A stretch of DNA of 64,000 nt, taken from Chloroflexota bacterium (lineage in GTDB: Bacteria; Chloroflexota; Chloroflexia; QHBQ01). The position numbers and the translations under genes were made by a program. Shown piece by piece: positions 7,919 through 17,149 of this stretch (positions are counted from its first letter, which is position 1; each line of letters starts with the position of its first letter). The notes below the pieces were generated by a model. It did no database searches. It was not told the origin of the DNA and worked only from the letters and a program-made list of their open reading frames with translations. The stretch is taken from assembly GCA_043754535.1 (NCBI GenBank), contig JAYUUN010000128.1:45100-109099 (forward strand), read 5' to 3'.

Positions 7919-9004
7919 TTGAGCTACAGCCGCAAATGCCTGGGCGCGACGATCTGCACCCTCCTGCTCCTCCCTCTGCTGCTAGCCTGCGACAGCGGTG
8001 GAGTCGTCGCTACTGCTACCCCCAACCCGGGGCTGAAGGGCAGGATTGCCTTCACCAAACAGGCGGCGGTTAACGCCACCAGCGACCTGTTTCTGATCAA
8101 CGCCGACGGCACTGGTGAGGTGCAGGTGACGGCGGGGGCGAAGGTACAGGGCGAGTTCGCCTGGTCGCCGAAAGGTGATCGTATTGCCTTCAGCGGCCTG
8201 AATGCAGCAGGCAAGTTGCAGATCAACGTGGTCAGCCTGCTGCCCGGCCAGCAGCCGCAGACCAGCAATCTCAGCCAACCAGAGGCAGACGAGACCTTCC
8301 CCGCCTGGTCGCCTGATGGCAGCCAGCTAGCTTTTGCCAGCAAGCGGGGCGGCAGCTACCAGGTCTACACCATGCAGGCTGACGGCAGCGGCGCACGCCA
8401 GATCAGCAGTGGCTATGCCTACGCGGGTTGGCCCAGTTGGTCGCCGGACGGTAGCCAGCTAGCCTTCGTTGCGGGCGAAACTAGTGCGGGCGGTGACCTG
8501 CTCAAGGCCGAGCTATACACCATGCGCCCCGATGGTAGCGCGGCGAAGAAGCTAACCAGCTACAACACCATCCTGCTACGTCCGCGTTGGTCGCCCGATA
8601 GCCAGCGACTCACCTTCATCTACCGCCAGGCCGACGCAACGCGCACGCCCAAACTGTACCTGACCAACGCCGATGGTAGCGGCCAGCGGGCGATCACCGA
8701 GGGTGCAGCCCGCGACAACAACCCGCTCTGGTCGCCCGACAGCCAGCAACTAGTTTACTACTCGAACGCGAACGGCGGTGGGCGCGACAACATCTTCCTT
8801 GCCGCTGCCGCCAGCCTCAATAGTCGCCAGCTAACCCTGGATAGTGGCCTCTACCCCAGCTTCAGCCCAGACGCAGGCAGCATCATCTTCAGCCGTCGGG
8901 TGGCAGAGCAGACCCAGTTGTTCGTGATGAACGCCGACGGCAGCAACCAGCGGCAGCTAACCTTCAGCGCGGGCAGCCACGACTTCCCAGCCTGGATCAG
9001 GTGA
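7919..9004 (+). CDS. TolB-like PD40/WD40 beta-propeller lipoprotein
   Basis: Recurrent WSP(D/K)G repeats (at least 6) and lipoprotein signal LLLPLLLACDSG. TTG 7919 is preceded by GGAG. The track ATG at 7793 would overlap the rhodanese gene by 107 nt. Confidence 0.75.
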   Translation: MSYSRKCLGATICTLLLLPLLLACDSGGVVATATPNPGLKGRIAFTKQAAVNATSDLFLINADGTGEVQVTAGAKVQGEFAWSPKGDRIAFSGLNAAGKLQINVVSLLPGQQPQTSNLSQPEADETFPAWSPDGSQLAFASKRGGSYQVYTMQADGSGARQISSGYAYAGWPSWSPDGSQLAFVAGETSAGGDLLKAELYTMRPDGSAAKKLTSYNTILLRPRWSPDSQRLTFIYRQADATRTPKLYLTNADGSGQRAITEGAARDNNPLWSPDSQQLVYYSNANGGGRDNIFLAAAASLNSRQLTLDSGLYPSFSPDAGSIIFSRRVAEQTQLFVMNADGSNQRQLTFSAGSHDFPAWIR

Positions 9005-9042
9005 GCGGCTGGCGGGGTTGCGGTTGAGCGACAGTATATAGG

Positions 9043-9070
9043 GGAGGGCGCAGCGGGTGCGCCCTCTTTG
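9043..9070 (+). terminator. intrinsic terminator ending the 4856-9004 operon
   Basis: gagggcgca (9044-9052) / tgcgccctc (9058-9066), 5-nt loop, followed by tttg. Confidence 0.7.
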
Positions 9071-9201
9071 CTGGTACTAACCACTATAGGTAGAAAGTAC
9101 CAACCACTGGCTAGTAATAGATCAGCTAGCCATCCGTTATAGTTTGTAGTACGCTACAGGCGGCTGCGTTTGCTGCCAGCATTGAGGAAAGAGAGAACAG
9201 G

Positions 9202-10500
9202 ATGAGGATACGTTCGATCACGCTTGGTTTGCCGCTCACCTGGCCCGATGTGGATAGCGAGGAGATCGCCGACGCGGGTCACTTCGCGCAGCGAGCGAAG
9301 GCGGCCCTGGAAGCGGCGGGGCTGGAGGTGCAGACTATCAGGCTGGCCGCCCCACCCCTCAGCACGGTGCTAGCGAGCTTCCCCTCTCGCTTCATCGAGG
9401 AGGCGGCGGTTACCTACGCTGCAGAGGTGATGGTGGCAGCGAAGGCGGCTGGCTTCTCCTACGTCTCGCTCGGCCCTGTCAATACGATCCCAGTACAGGA
9501 GAATACCTACGCCCTGATCGCAGTGCTGCCCAAGCTGATTGCTGCCCACGAGGGTCTGTTTGCCACCGCGCAGGTGGGCAACCTGATTGATGAGGCGCGG
9601 CGCGATGTACCAGGGCGCAGGGCCAGCGACCGTAGGCGGCTGATCAACCTCAAGGCAGCGCAGGCGGCAGCGGGGGTGATCCGCAACCTGGCTGACCACA
9701 CGCCAGATGGCTTCGGCAACCTCAACTTCGCCGCCACCGCCAACTGCCCAGGCAATATCCCCTTCTTTCCTGTCGCCTACTTCGCGCCCCAGTCCACCTA
9801 CGATCTTGGTAGCTACGGCCTTGCGTTGGAGACCGCTGACCTGGTGGTGGAAGCCTTCAGTGGCGCAAGCAGCATTGCGGAGGCGTGTACGCGGGCGGTG
9901 GCAGCCTTCGAGCGCGAGGGCAGGCGGGTGCTGACCGCCCTGGAGCCGCTGGGCGGAGCCTACACCTTCAACGGCCTGGACTTCTCCACGGCACCGTTCC
10001 CCAGCCCAGAGCAGAGCATCGGCCACGCCTTCGAGCAGCTTGGCATAGCCGCCCGCTTTGGGCAGAGCGGCACCCTGTTCACTGCCGCCATCGTCACCAG
10101 TGCCTTGCAGAGTGTAGACTTGCCCCGCTGCGGCTATAGCGGCTTGATGCTGCCGGTGCTGGAAGACACCACCCTGGCGCAGCGCAGTGCTGAAGCTGGC
10201 CTCTACAATGTAGACAGCCTGCTGCTCTACTCGGCGGTTTGCGGCCTGGGGCTAGATACCGTGCCATTGCCTGGCGACGTTAGCGAGCGTGAACTAATCG
10301 GCATCCTGCTCGATATGGCAGTGCTAGCCCTGAGGCTGCACAAGCCACTAACCGCCCGCCTCTTTCCCGTTCCTGGCAAGGTCAGTGGTGAGGCCGCCGC
10401 ATGGGACTTCCCCTTCTTCGCTCCTGGTGCAGTACTAGCCAGCAAGGGGCAGGCGGCGGACGGCCAAATGAAGCTGACCGAGGAGATCGTGGAGGTTTAG
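9202..10500 (+). CDS. DUF711 / UPF0210 family protein
   Basis: N-terminus MRIRSITLGL and a length of ~430 aa are typical of UPF0210. Assignment is from family memory only. RBS GAGGAAAGAGAG. Confidence 0.6.
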   Translation: MRIRSITLGLPLTWPDVDSEEIADAGHFAQRAKAALEAAGLEVQTIRLAAPPLSTVLASFPSRFIEEAAVTYAAEVMVAAKAAGFSYVSLGPVNTIPVQENTYALIAVLPKLIAAHEGLFATAQVGNLIDEARRDVPGRRASDRRRLINLKAAQAAAGVIRNLADHTPDGFGNLNFAATANCPGNIPFFPVAYFAPQSTYDLGSYGLALETADLVVEAFSGASSIAEACTRAVAAFEREGRRVLTALEPLGGAYTFNGLDFSTAPFPSPEQSIGHAFEQLGIAARFGQSGTLFTAAIVTSALQSVDLPRCGYSGLMLPVLEDTTLAQRSAEAGLYNVDSLLLYSAVCGLGLDTVPLPGDVSERELIGILLDMAVLALRLHKPLTARLFPVPGKVSGEAAAWDFPFFAPGAVLASKGQAADGQMKLTEEIVEV

Positions 10501-10501
10501 G

Positions 10502-11317
10502 CTAGCTCTGCCGCTGGCGCAGAGCCTCGAACAGCACTATCGTGGTCGCCATCGCTGCGTTGAGCGACTCCGCCTTGCCCACCATAGGGATGCTGGCAGT
10601 GGCGGTTGCCAGCGTGCAGGCGGCTTCGCTCAGGCCGCGCCCCTCATTGCCGACAATAATCGCGCTCGGCTGCTGCCAATCCAGCGTGTAGTAGGCGGCG
10701 GCACCGTCCATTGCGGTAGCCACCACCTGCTCGACCCCCACCGCGGCCAGCCTCGTCGCCAAGTCGGCCCAGTCCATGTCTGGGTGGAGGGGCAGACGGA
10801 AATGCGCACCCATCCCCGCCCGCACTACCTTCGGGCTGTAGACATCCACGCTGTCTGTACTCAACCACACGCCACTTGCCCCCGCTGCCTCCGCCGAGCG
10901 CAGGATAGTGCCGAGGTTGCCAGGGTCTTGTAGGCCGTCGGCTACGACGCAGAGTGGAGCGTTGGCCGGGTCGCTGGTTGGCAGCGCAAAGGGGAAGCTG
11001 GCAACGATCCCTTGCGGTGTCACCGTGTCGCTGATATCGCGCATCACCTTTGTATCCACCTCGCGCAGCAACGGCACGCCAAGCTCGTGCATCCGACTCA
11101 AGTCGTCCAACAGGCGCAGCCCCCGTTCGGTGCGTGCCAGCAGTTGGCTGTTGTAGAGAACAATATCGGGGATCGCCCCCTCGATCAAGCCAGCCTCGAT
11201 CAGGCGCACCCCCTCGGCCACAAACTTGCGCTCTCGCTGGCGGGTCTTGCGGTCGCGCAACAGTTCGCGAACCTGGCGAACCTGCTCGTTGTCCTTGCTA
11301 GTAACGATCATCCCCAT
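10502..11317 (-). CDS. TrmH/SpoU-family RNA 2'-O-ribose methyltransferase (RlmB-like)
   Basis: SpoU motifs DGLQDPGNLGTILRSAEA, IVGNEGRGLS and IPMVGKAESLNAAMA. Convergent with DUF711, with a 1-nt gap. Confidence 0.85.
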   Translation of the reverse strand: MGMIVTSKDNEQVRQVRELLRDRKTRQRERKFVAEGVRLIEAGLIEGAIPDIVLYNSQLLARTERGLRLLDDLSRMHELGVPLLREVDTKVMRDISDTVTPQGIVASFPFALPTSDPANAPLCVVADGLQDPGNLGTILRSAEAAGASGVWLSTDSVDVYSPKVVRAGMGAHFRLPLHPDMDWADLATRLAAVGVEQVVATAMDGAAAYYTLDWQQPSAIIVGNEGRGLSEAACTLATATASIPMVGKAESLNAAMATTIVLFEALRQRQS

Positions 11318-11319
11318 GT

Positions 11320-12417
11320 TTATACCCTCAGCAGGTGGTAGATGCGTGGATTGAGGCCGCCCTGGTTGACGCGGATCAGCTCGTCCAGCCGCCAGAGCGA
11401 TGCGTCGTCCAGCAGCCGCTCCATCAGCCGAATCTCGTGGCTGATCAGGCTGAAGTGGCCGCCGGGTTTCGTCACGCGGGCGGCCTCTAGCAGCAGGGCA
11501 GGGTAGAGTTCGGCGTTATGTTCGTGGGTGCCGACCAGTTGGCCGAAGGGCAGGTCAGCGGTAATCACGTCCACGCTAGCGGCCTGGAGCGGCAGGCGGC
11601 GACCATCCCACTGGCCCAGGGTGGCATCGCCAGTATAGCCAGCAGCTTGCAGGTTCTGCGTGGTGCAGGAGATCGCTTGCGGGTCAATGTCGCAGCCCAT
11701 CGCCAGCCTAACCGGGCCAAGAGCCAGCCGCTCGATCAGCAGGGTACCACTACCGCAAGCGAGGTTGAAGTAGACCTGCGCAGCATTGGGCGGCACCAGC
11801 CCAGCGATCACGCTGGCGATGGGAGCGTTGAGCGCGCCCTCAAGGTTGCAGATGCGCCAGGCGCGGGTTTGCAGCGGGCGTGGGCTAATCCTCACCAGCA
11901 CCTCCCAGCCCTCGGCTCCGAGCAGCGGGCGGCGCAGGCGCAGCAGCAAATCAGCACTATCCTCTGCCTCCACCAACTTGAACTGGGCCGCCACTTCAGC
12001 CTTCAGGCGGGCCAGCACTGCTGACTCGCTGCCCGCCGCCGAGAGTAGGAAACTCTGGAACAGGCCGGTTCGGTGGGCGGTGAGGGTGCTGTTGATTGCG
12101 TCGCTGATCGCGCTGAGGTGTTCGTGGCCGAGCAAGGCTTTGGGCCGGGGGACAGCGAAGTGTAGCAGGCGATAGACCGCCACCACTGTGGTCAGGTGCA
12201 GGAGGCTAGCTAGCTTGCCGCCACTGTAGCTGAATTGCAGCACGCCGGGGGCGACCTGGCGGGGATTGCGCAGGTGTTTGACTGCGCGCAGTTCGGCTAG
12301 TGCGAAGTTCTCCAGCCCCAGTGCCACATCCGCCTCGTAGAGGGCTGGCGGTTGGCTAGCGGCCTGGATGTTGCGCGCCGGGGCTGGGCGGATGATCAGT
12401 TGGTCTTTGTTTGGCAT
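11320..12417 (-). CDS. class I SAM-dependent (THUMP/UPF0020-like) RNA methyltransferase
   Basis: NLACGSGTLLIE SAM-binding loop and ITADLPFG catalytic motif. 2-nt gap to the downstream TrmH gene. Confidence 0.65.
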   Translation of the reverse strand: MPNKDQLIIRPAPARNIQAASQPPALYEADVALGLENFALAELRAVKHLRNPRQVAPGVLQFSYSGGKLASLLHLTTVVAVYRLLHFAVPRPKALLGHEHLSAISDAINSTLTAHRTGLFQSFLLSAAGSESAVLARLKAEVAAQFKLVEAEDSADLLLRLRRPLLGAEGWEVLVRISPRPLQTRAWRICNLEGALNAPIASVIAGLVPPNAAQVYFNLACGSGTLLIERLALGPVRLAMGCDIDPQAISCTTQNLQAAGYTGDATLGQWDGRRLPLQAASVDVITADLPFGQLVGTHEHNAELYPALLLEAARVTKPGGHFSLISHEIRLMERLLDDASLWRLDELIRVNQGGLNPRIYHLLRV

Positions 12418-13919
12418 GGCTCTAGTTTAACACATCCGCCCGGTTTAGTGGGGGCTGGCAGCCCTAACTTGACGTTCTCTGCCGCCACGTAGATGCGCTC
12501 GCTGGCGGCATCGTACTCGAACAACTCGGCGTAGCGGCCCCATTCGGTCGCGGTCTTGAACTGGCGGCGCGCCTCAGAGGGGGTAAAGCGTTGGTCGAGG
12601 ATATCCAGGAAGAACTCAGCATCCAGCGTGTGGTTGCTTTTCATCTGCAAGGTGCGGTTCATGCTGTCGATCAGTGGCACGCGGGTTAGCAACTGGTCGC
12701 GGAACAACTGCTTGCGCTCCTGGATGTCGGCGTTAGCAAACTGCTTGCCCTTGTCGATCAGCACAATGTCCCCCTGTTTGACCTCAGCGAAGTCTAGCAT
12801 ATCCAGCGCATCGGTGATCGGCAGCAGGTCGTCCACCTCAAAGTTGAGTTGCTGGGCCAGGCGGAAGATGTCGGCGCGTCCGCCCTGGTCGTCGATCAAC
12901 TCGATCAGGCCCGCGATGCCACCCACCTTCGCTTGCGGCAGGCGCAAACCCTGGGCCTGCTCTGTAGTCTGCTTGAGGAAGACCTCGGCGGTCTCCTCTA
13001 CCTGCTCTGCCTCGCTGTCCTCCTCCTCACCGCCCTGCTGCTCCTCGATCTCCTGCTCATGCTCGTACTCGGCCACCGCCTGATTGTACTTCGCCAGTAG
13101 TTCATCCACATCGGCTTCAGGGTTGGTCATGATCGCAAACACCTCGTCTACCTTGCGAGTGAACTCAAAGCTCTTGCGCTCGCGCCAATGCTGCAAGTCC
13201 ACCCGAATCTCAGCCCGAATCACGCCGGGGGTAGAGCCGAGGATCAGGATACGGTCAGCCAGGTAGACTGCCTCCTCAATGTTGTGCGTGATCATCAGGA
13301 TCGCCTTTGCCCCAAACTTCTTCTCCATCCATAGTTCGATGATCTCGTTCCGCAGGTTCTCGGCGGTCAGCACGTCCAGGGCAGAGAACGGCTCGTCCAT
13401 CAGCAGCACGTCGGGGTTGACGACCAGGGCGCGGGCCAGGCCCACCCGCTGGCGCATCCCGTTGCTCAGTTCGCGGGGGTAGGCCGACTCGAAGCCGTCC
13501 AGCCCGATCAGGTCAATCGCCTTTAGTGCGCGTTTGGTGCGCTCGATGCGCTGCACACCCCGCGCCTCCAGGCCCAATTCTACGTTCTGCAAGACATTAA
13601 GCCAGGGTTGTAGGGCGAAGTTCTGGAAGACCATCGCGGTGGCGGGATTGGTGCCGACCAGCGGCTTACCATCAGCGATCACCTGCCCACTGGTAGCCGG
13701 GATCAGCCCGGCCAGGATACGCAGCAGCGTACTCTTGCCACTGCCACTCTTGCCCAGCAGTGCGACGATCTCCCCCGCCCGCAGGCTCAGGTTGATCTTA
13801 CTCAACACGTCCAGCTTGCTGCCCCCTGGTAGAGCGAAACTCTTGGTGATCTCGCGCGCCTCTAGCAGCGTCCTGCCCTGCTCGGCTTCGTTACCCGACT
13901 TGCGTGCTACCTGTACCAT
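12396..13919 (-). CDS. orphan ABC transporter ATP-binding protein (NitT/TauT type) with acidic linker and ~170-aa C-terminal domain
   Basis: Walker A GKSGSGKST, signature LSNGMRQRV, Walker B LLMDEPFSALD, and an EEQQGGEEEDSEAEQVEE linker. No permease or binding-protein gene nearby. The 3' end overlaps the next gene by 22 nt. Confidence 0.8.
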   Translation of the reverse strand: MVQVARKSGNEAEQGRTLLEAREITKSFALPGGSKLDVLSKINLSLRAGEIVALLGKSGSGKSTLLRILAGLIPATSGQVIADGKPLVGTNPATAMVFQNFALQPWLNVLQNVELGLEARGVQRIERTKRALKAIDLIGLDGFESAYPRELSNGMRQRVGLARALVVNPDVLLMDEPFSALDVLTAENLRNEIIELWMEKKFGAKAILMITHNIEEAVYLADRILILGSTPGVIRAEIRVDLQHWRERKSFEFTRKVDEVFAIMTNPEADVDELLAKYNQAVAEYEHEQEIEEQQGGEEEDSEAEQVEETAEVFLKQTTEQAQGLRLPQAKVGGIAGLIELIDDQGGRADIFRLAQQLNFEVDDLLPITDALDMLDFAEVKQGDIVLIDKGKQFANADIQERKQLFRDQLLTRVPLIDSMNRTLQMKSNHTLDAEFFLDILDQRFTPSEARRQFKTATEWGRYAELFEYDAASERIYVAAENVKLGLPAPTKPGGCVKLEPCQTKTN

Positions 13920-14048
13920 ATCTCACCCCGCCTATACTTTATAGTCCACAATCCTCGTGGGCGATTCGCCCCCTCTATCTTACCACATGGAGTGGACAGG
14001 CTGCACCTGCGCCCCTGTAGCGGCCCGGCCACGAGCAAGCTGGCACCG

Positions 14049-14077
14049 CTGCCAAAGCGGGCGAGATCGGTTATAAT
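14049..14077 (+). promoter_or_regulatory. putative sigma-70 promoter of ppdK (CTGCCA-17 nt-TATAAT)
   Basis: TATAAT at 14072-14077 and CTGCCA at 14049-14054. About 85-nt leader before ATG 14163. Confidence 0.5.
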
Positions 14078-14162
14078 TCGTAAATCAGGGTGCGCGGAGC
14101 GATGCTGCTACCGCGTTGGCGGTCTACCGATTGCAGTATACATCAAGGAGAGGAGTAGCACG

Positions 14163-17069
14163 ATGACGGCTACTATGGAAGCCAACCCCGCCGCTGCGAC
14201 GAAGCAGCACAAGTGGGTCTACCTGTTCAACGAGGGGAACGCTGGCATGAAGGATTTGCTCGGAGGCAAAGGCGCGGGCCTGGCCGAGATGAGCAACGCT
14301 GGTCTCCCCGTCCCCCCCGGCTTCACGATCACCACCGAAGCCTGCAATGCCTACTACAATGCAAGCCGCCAGTTCCCCAGCGGGATGTGGCAACAGGCCA
14401 TGGCTGCCCTCACTATCGTCGAGCGCGAGACCGGCAAGAAGCTGGGCGATGCCAGCAATCCCCTGCTCGTCAGTGTTCGTAGCGGCTCAAAAGTAAGTAT
14501 GCCTGGCATGATGGATACCGTCCTCAATCTCGGCCTCAATGAGGAGACCTTGCGCGGGATGATCAAGCTGACCGGCAACGAACGCTTTGGCTACGATGCC
14601 TACCGCCGCTTCATTGCCATGTTCAGCAAGATCGTGCTGGGGGTCAATGCCGAACGCTTCGAGCAGATACTTGATCAGACGAAAGAGGGGCAAGGTGCGA
14701 AGCTAGACACCGACCTCAGCGCAGACGACCTCAAGGGGGTGGTCGAACGCTACAAGGAACTGGTACGCCAGGAGACAGGCCGCGACTTCCCCAGCGACCC
14801 ACTAGAGCAGATGCGCCTCGCCATCGAAGCTGTGTTCGCCAGTTGGAACAACAAGCGGGCGATAGATTATCGCAAGTTCAATGCGATCCCCGATAGCCTC
14901 GGCACCGCCGTCAGCGTGGTCAGCATGGTCTTCGGCAACATGGGCGACGACAGCGGCACGGGGGTAGCCTTTACCCGCGACCCCAACACGGGCGAAAGGC
15001 TTCTCTACGCTGAGTACCTGAACAACGCACAGGGTGAGGACGTAGTGGCCGGTATCCGCACCCCCAAGAAGATCGAGGAACTCAAGCGGCTGATGCCCAA
15101 AGTCTACCGCCAGTTTGTGGAGATTGCCGAGCGGTTGGAGAAGCACTACCGCGACGCACAGGATTTGGAGTTCACCGTGGAGCGTGGCAAGCTCTATATG
15201 CTGCAAACTCGCTCGGCCAAGCGTACTGGAGTAGCGGCGGTCAAGATCGCGGTGGATATGGTAAACGAGGGGCTGTTGAGCAAGGAGGAAGCAATCCAGC
15301 GGGTTGACCCCAACCAGGTCTACCAACTGCTGCTCCCCCGCCTCGACCCACGCGCCGTCAACCAGGCGCACAGCAGCGGCAGGTTCCTGACAAAAGGCTT
15401 GAACGCCAGTCCCGGTGCAGCAACCGGCATGGCGGTCTTCAGCGCGGACGTAGCCGAGGAGCGAGGTAGCAAGGGCGAGAAAGTGATCCTCGTGCGCCCA
15501 GAGACCAACCCCGACGATGTGCATGGCATGATCAACGCCCAGGGTGTCCTTACTGCCCGCGGCGGTGCAACCAGCCACGCGGCGGTGGTCGCTCGTGGCA
15601 TGGGCAAGCCCTGTGTGGCCGGGGCCGAGGAGATCCACGTGAACCCCGAAGCGCGCACCTTCCAGGTCGGCAAGACGACGATCAGGGAGGGTGAGCAGAT
15701 CACTATTGATGGCACCAGCGGTGAGGTGTTCACCGGCCAGATCGCGGTGATCGAAGCGGTCTTCAATGAGGATAGCGAGCTAGGCCAACTGCTGCGCTGG
15801 GCCGACGAGGTGCGAACACTGGGGGTATGGGCCAACGCCGACTACCCACGTGATGCTGAACGCGCCGTCAAGTTTGGTGCGCAGGGGATCGGCCTCTGTC
15901 GCACCGAGCATATGTTCTTTGAGGAGGAGCGGCTGCCCATCGTGCGCCAAATGATCCTGCACGCTGCCCCGGCTACCGCCCTCGACAACAAGCTGGCGAA
16001 GGCTCGCGCCGAACTGGACAGGGCCGAGGAGGGCAAGCAACGCGAGGCCCGCTATCGGCTGAACGAACTTGAATATCAGCGCAACAACTCTGAGGATTGC
16101 TGGCTCTACTACGAAGCCTTGGGCCAGCTACAGCAGTTCCAGGAGAGCGACTTCTACGGTATCCTCAAGGTGATGGCGGGCAAACCAGTGGTGATCCGCC
16201 TGCTAGACCCGCCGCTGCACGAGTTCCTGCCGGGCATGGTACCGCTCAACAATCGCGTGGCGGTCCTCAAGATGGAGCAGGCGATGGAGCAGATCGCCGA
16301 GTCTATCTCGCCACGTGAGAAGAAGATGGGCGTGCGCGACGACATTGAACGCCGCCTGGCCGAGGCCGAGGAGTTGCTCAAGCACGTAGAGGAACTGAGC
16401 GAGCAGAACCCGATGCTGGGCCTGCGCGGTTGCCGCCTGGGTATCCTCTACCCTGCGATCAACGAAATGCAGGTGCGCGCCCTGCTAGTTGCCGCCGCCC
16501 GCCTGATGCGCGAAGGGGTGGACGTGCAGCCGGAGATCATGATCCCGCTGGTTGGCACCGCCGCCGAACTGAAGCTAGTGCGTGAGCAACTGACCGAGGT
16601 GGCGAAGCAGGTGGAGGCCGAGCAGCGCATGAGCATCCCTTACAAGTTCGGCACGATGATCGAGATACCCCGCGCCGCTTTGGTAGCCGACGAGATCGCC
16701 GAGTACGCCGAGTTCTTCAGCTTCGGCACTAACGACCTCACCCAGACTACCTTTGGCTACTCTCGTGACGATGCAGAGGGTAAGTTCCTCTTGCAGTATG
16801 TGGATCGCGGCATCCTGCCTGCCAATCCCTTCCAGACGCTAGATCGCAAGGGGGTGGGCAAGCTGGTGCGGATGGCGACCGAAGCGGGCCGGGCCACCAA
16901 CCCGAAGCTGAAGGTGGGCATCTGCGGCGAGCATGGCGGCGACCCCAATAGCATCGAGTTCTGCCACCAGGTCGGCCTCAACTACGTCTCCTGCTCTCCC
17001 TTCCGCGTGCCAATCGCCCGCCTCGCAGCGGCACAGGCAGCCCTCAAGCCGCTGGAGCGCGACAAATAG
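14163..17069 (+). CDS. ppdK: pyruvate, phosphate dikinase
   Basis: N-terminal GGKGAGLAEM, phosphohistidine loop GGATSHAAVVARGMG, and C-terminal PEP-utilizer region ICGEHGGDP. ATG 14163 follows AAGGAGAGGAG. The track ORF start at 13992 is an extension. Confidence 0.95.
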   Translation: MTATMEANPAAATKQHKWVYLFNEGNAGMKDLLGGKGAGLAEMSNAGLPVPPGFTITTEACNAYYNASRQFPSGMWQQAMAALTIVERETGKKLGDASNPLLVSVRSGSKVSMPGMMDTVLNLGLNEETLRGMIKLTGNERFGYDAYRRFIAMFSKIVLGVNAERFEQILDQTKEGQGAKLDTDLSADDLKGVVERYKELVRQETGRDFPSDPLEQMRLAIEAVFASWNNKRAIDYRKFNAIPDSLGTAVSVVSMVFGNMGDDSGTGVAFTRDPNTGERLLYAEYLNNAQGEDVVAGIRTPKKIEELKRLMPKVYRQFVEIAERLEKHYRDAQDLEFTVERGKLYMLQTRSAKRTGVAAVKIAVDMVNEGLLSKEEAIQRVDPNQVYQLLLPRLDPRAVNQAHSSGRFLTKGLNASPGAATGMAVFSADVAEERGSKGEKVILVRPETNPDDVHGMINAQGVLTARGGATSHAAVVARGMGKPCVAGAEEIHVNPEARTFQVGKTTIREGEQITIDGTSGEVFTGQIAVIEAVFNEDSELGQLLRWADEVRTLGVWANADYPRDAERAVKFGAQGIGLCRTEHMFFEEERLPIVRQMILHAAPATALDNKLAKARAELDRAEEGKQREARYRLNELEYQRNNSEDCWLYYEALGQLQQFQESDFYGILKVMAGKPVVIRLLDPPLHEFLPGMVPLNNRVAVLKMEQAMEQIAESISPREKKMGVRDDIERRLAEAEELLKHVEELSEQNPMLGLRGCRLGILYPAINEMQVRALLVAAARLMREGVDVQPEIMIPLVGTAAELKLVREQLTEVAKQVEAEQRMSIPYKFGTMIEIPRAALVADEIAEYAEFFSFGTNDLTQTTFGYSRDDAEGKFLLQYVDRGILPANPFQTLDRKGVGKLVRMATEAGRATNPKLKVGICGEHGGDPNSIEFCHQVGLNYVSCSPFRVPIARLAAAQAALKPLERDK

Positions 17070-17084
17070 TTTACTCTATCTTCT

Positions 17085-17110
17085 GCCCTCTCCTCCTGTG
17101 GGGAGAGGGC
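17085..17110 (+). terminator. 9-bp GC-rich hairpin just after ppdK (no U-tract)
   Basis: gccctctcc (17085-17093) / ggagagggc (17102-17110). It is followed by ggtggggacc, so it is not a canonical intrinsic terminator. Confidence 0.4.
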
Positions 17111-17149
17111 GGTGGGGACCAAAACTAGCTAGACTCAGGAGTGGCAGCG

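Noticed and set aside
17085-17110. The hairpin after ppdK as an attachment or integration site for the GmrSD-like island
   Set aside because: No matching direct repeat occurs at the right junction (19307-19339), and there is no integrase. The simplest reading is a ppdK transcript-end hairpin.
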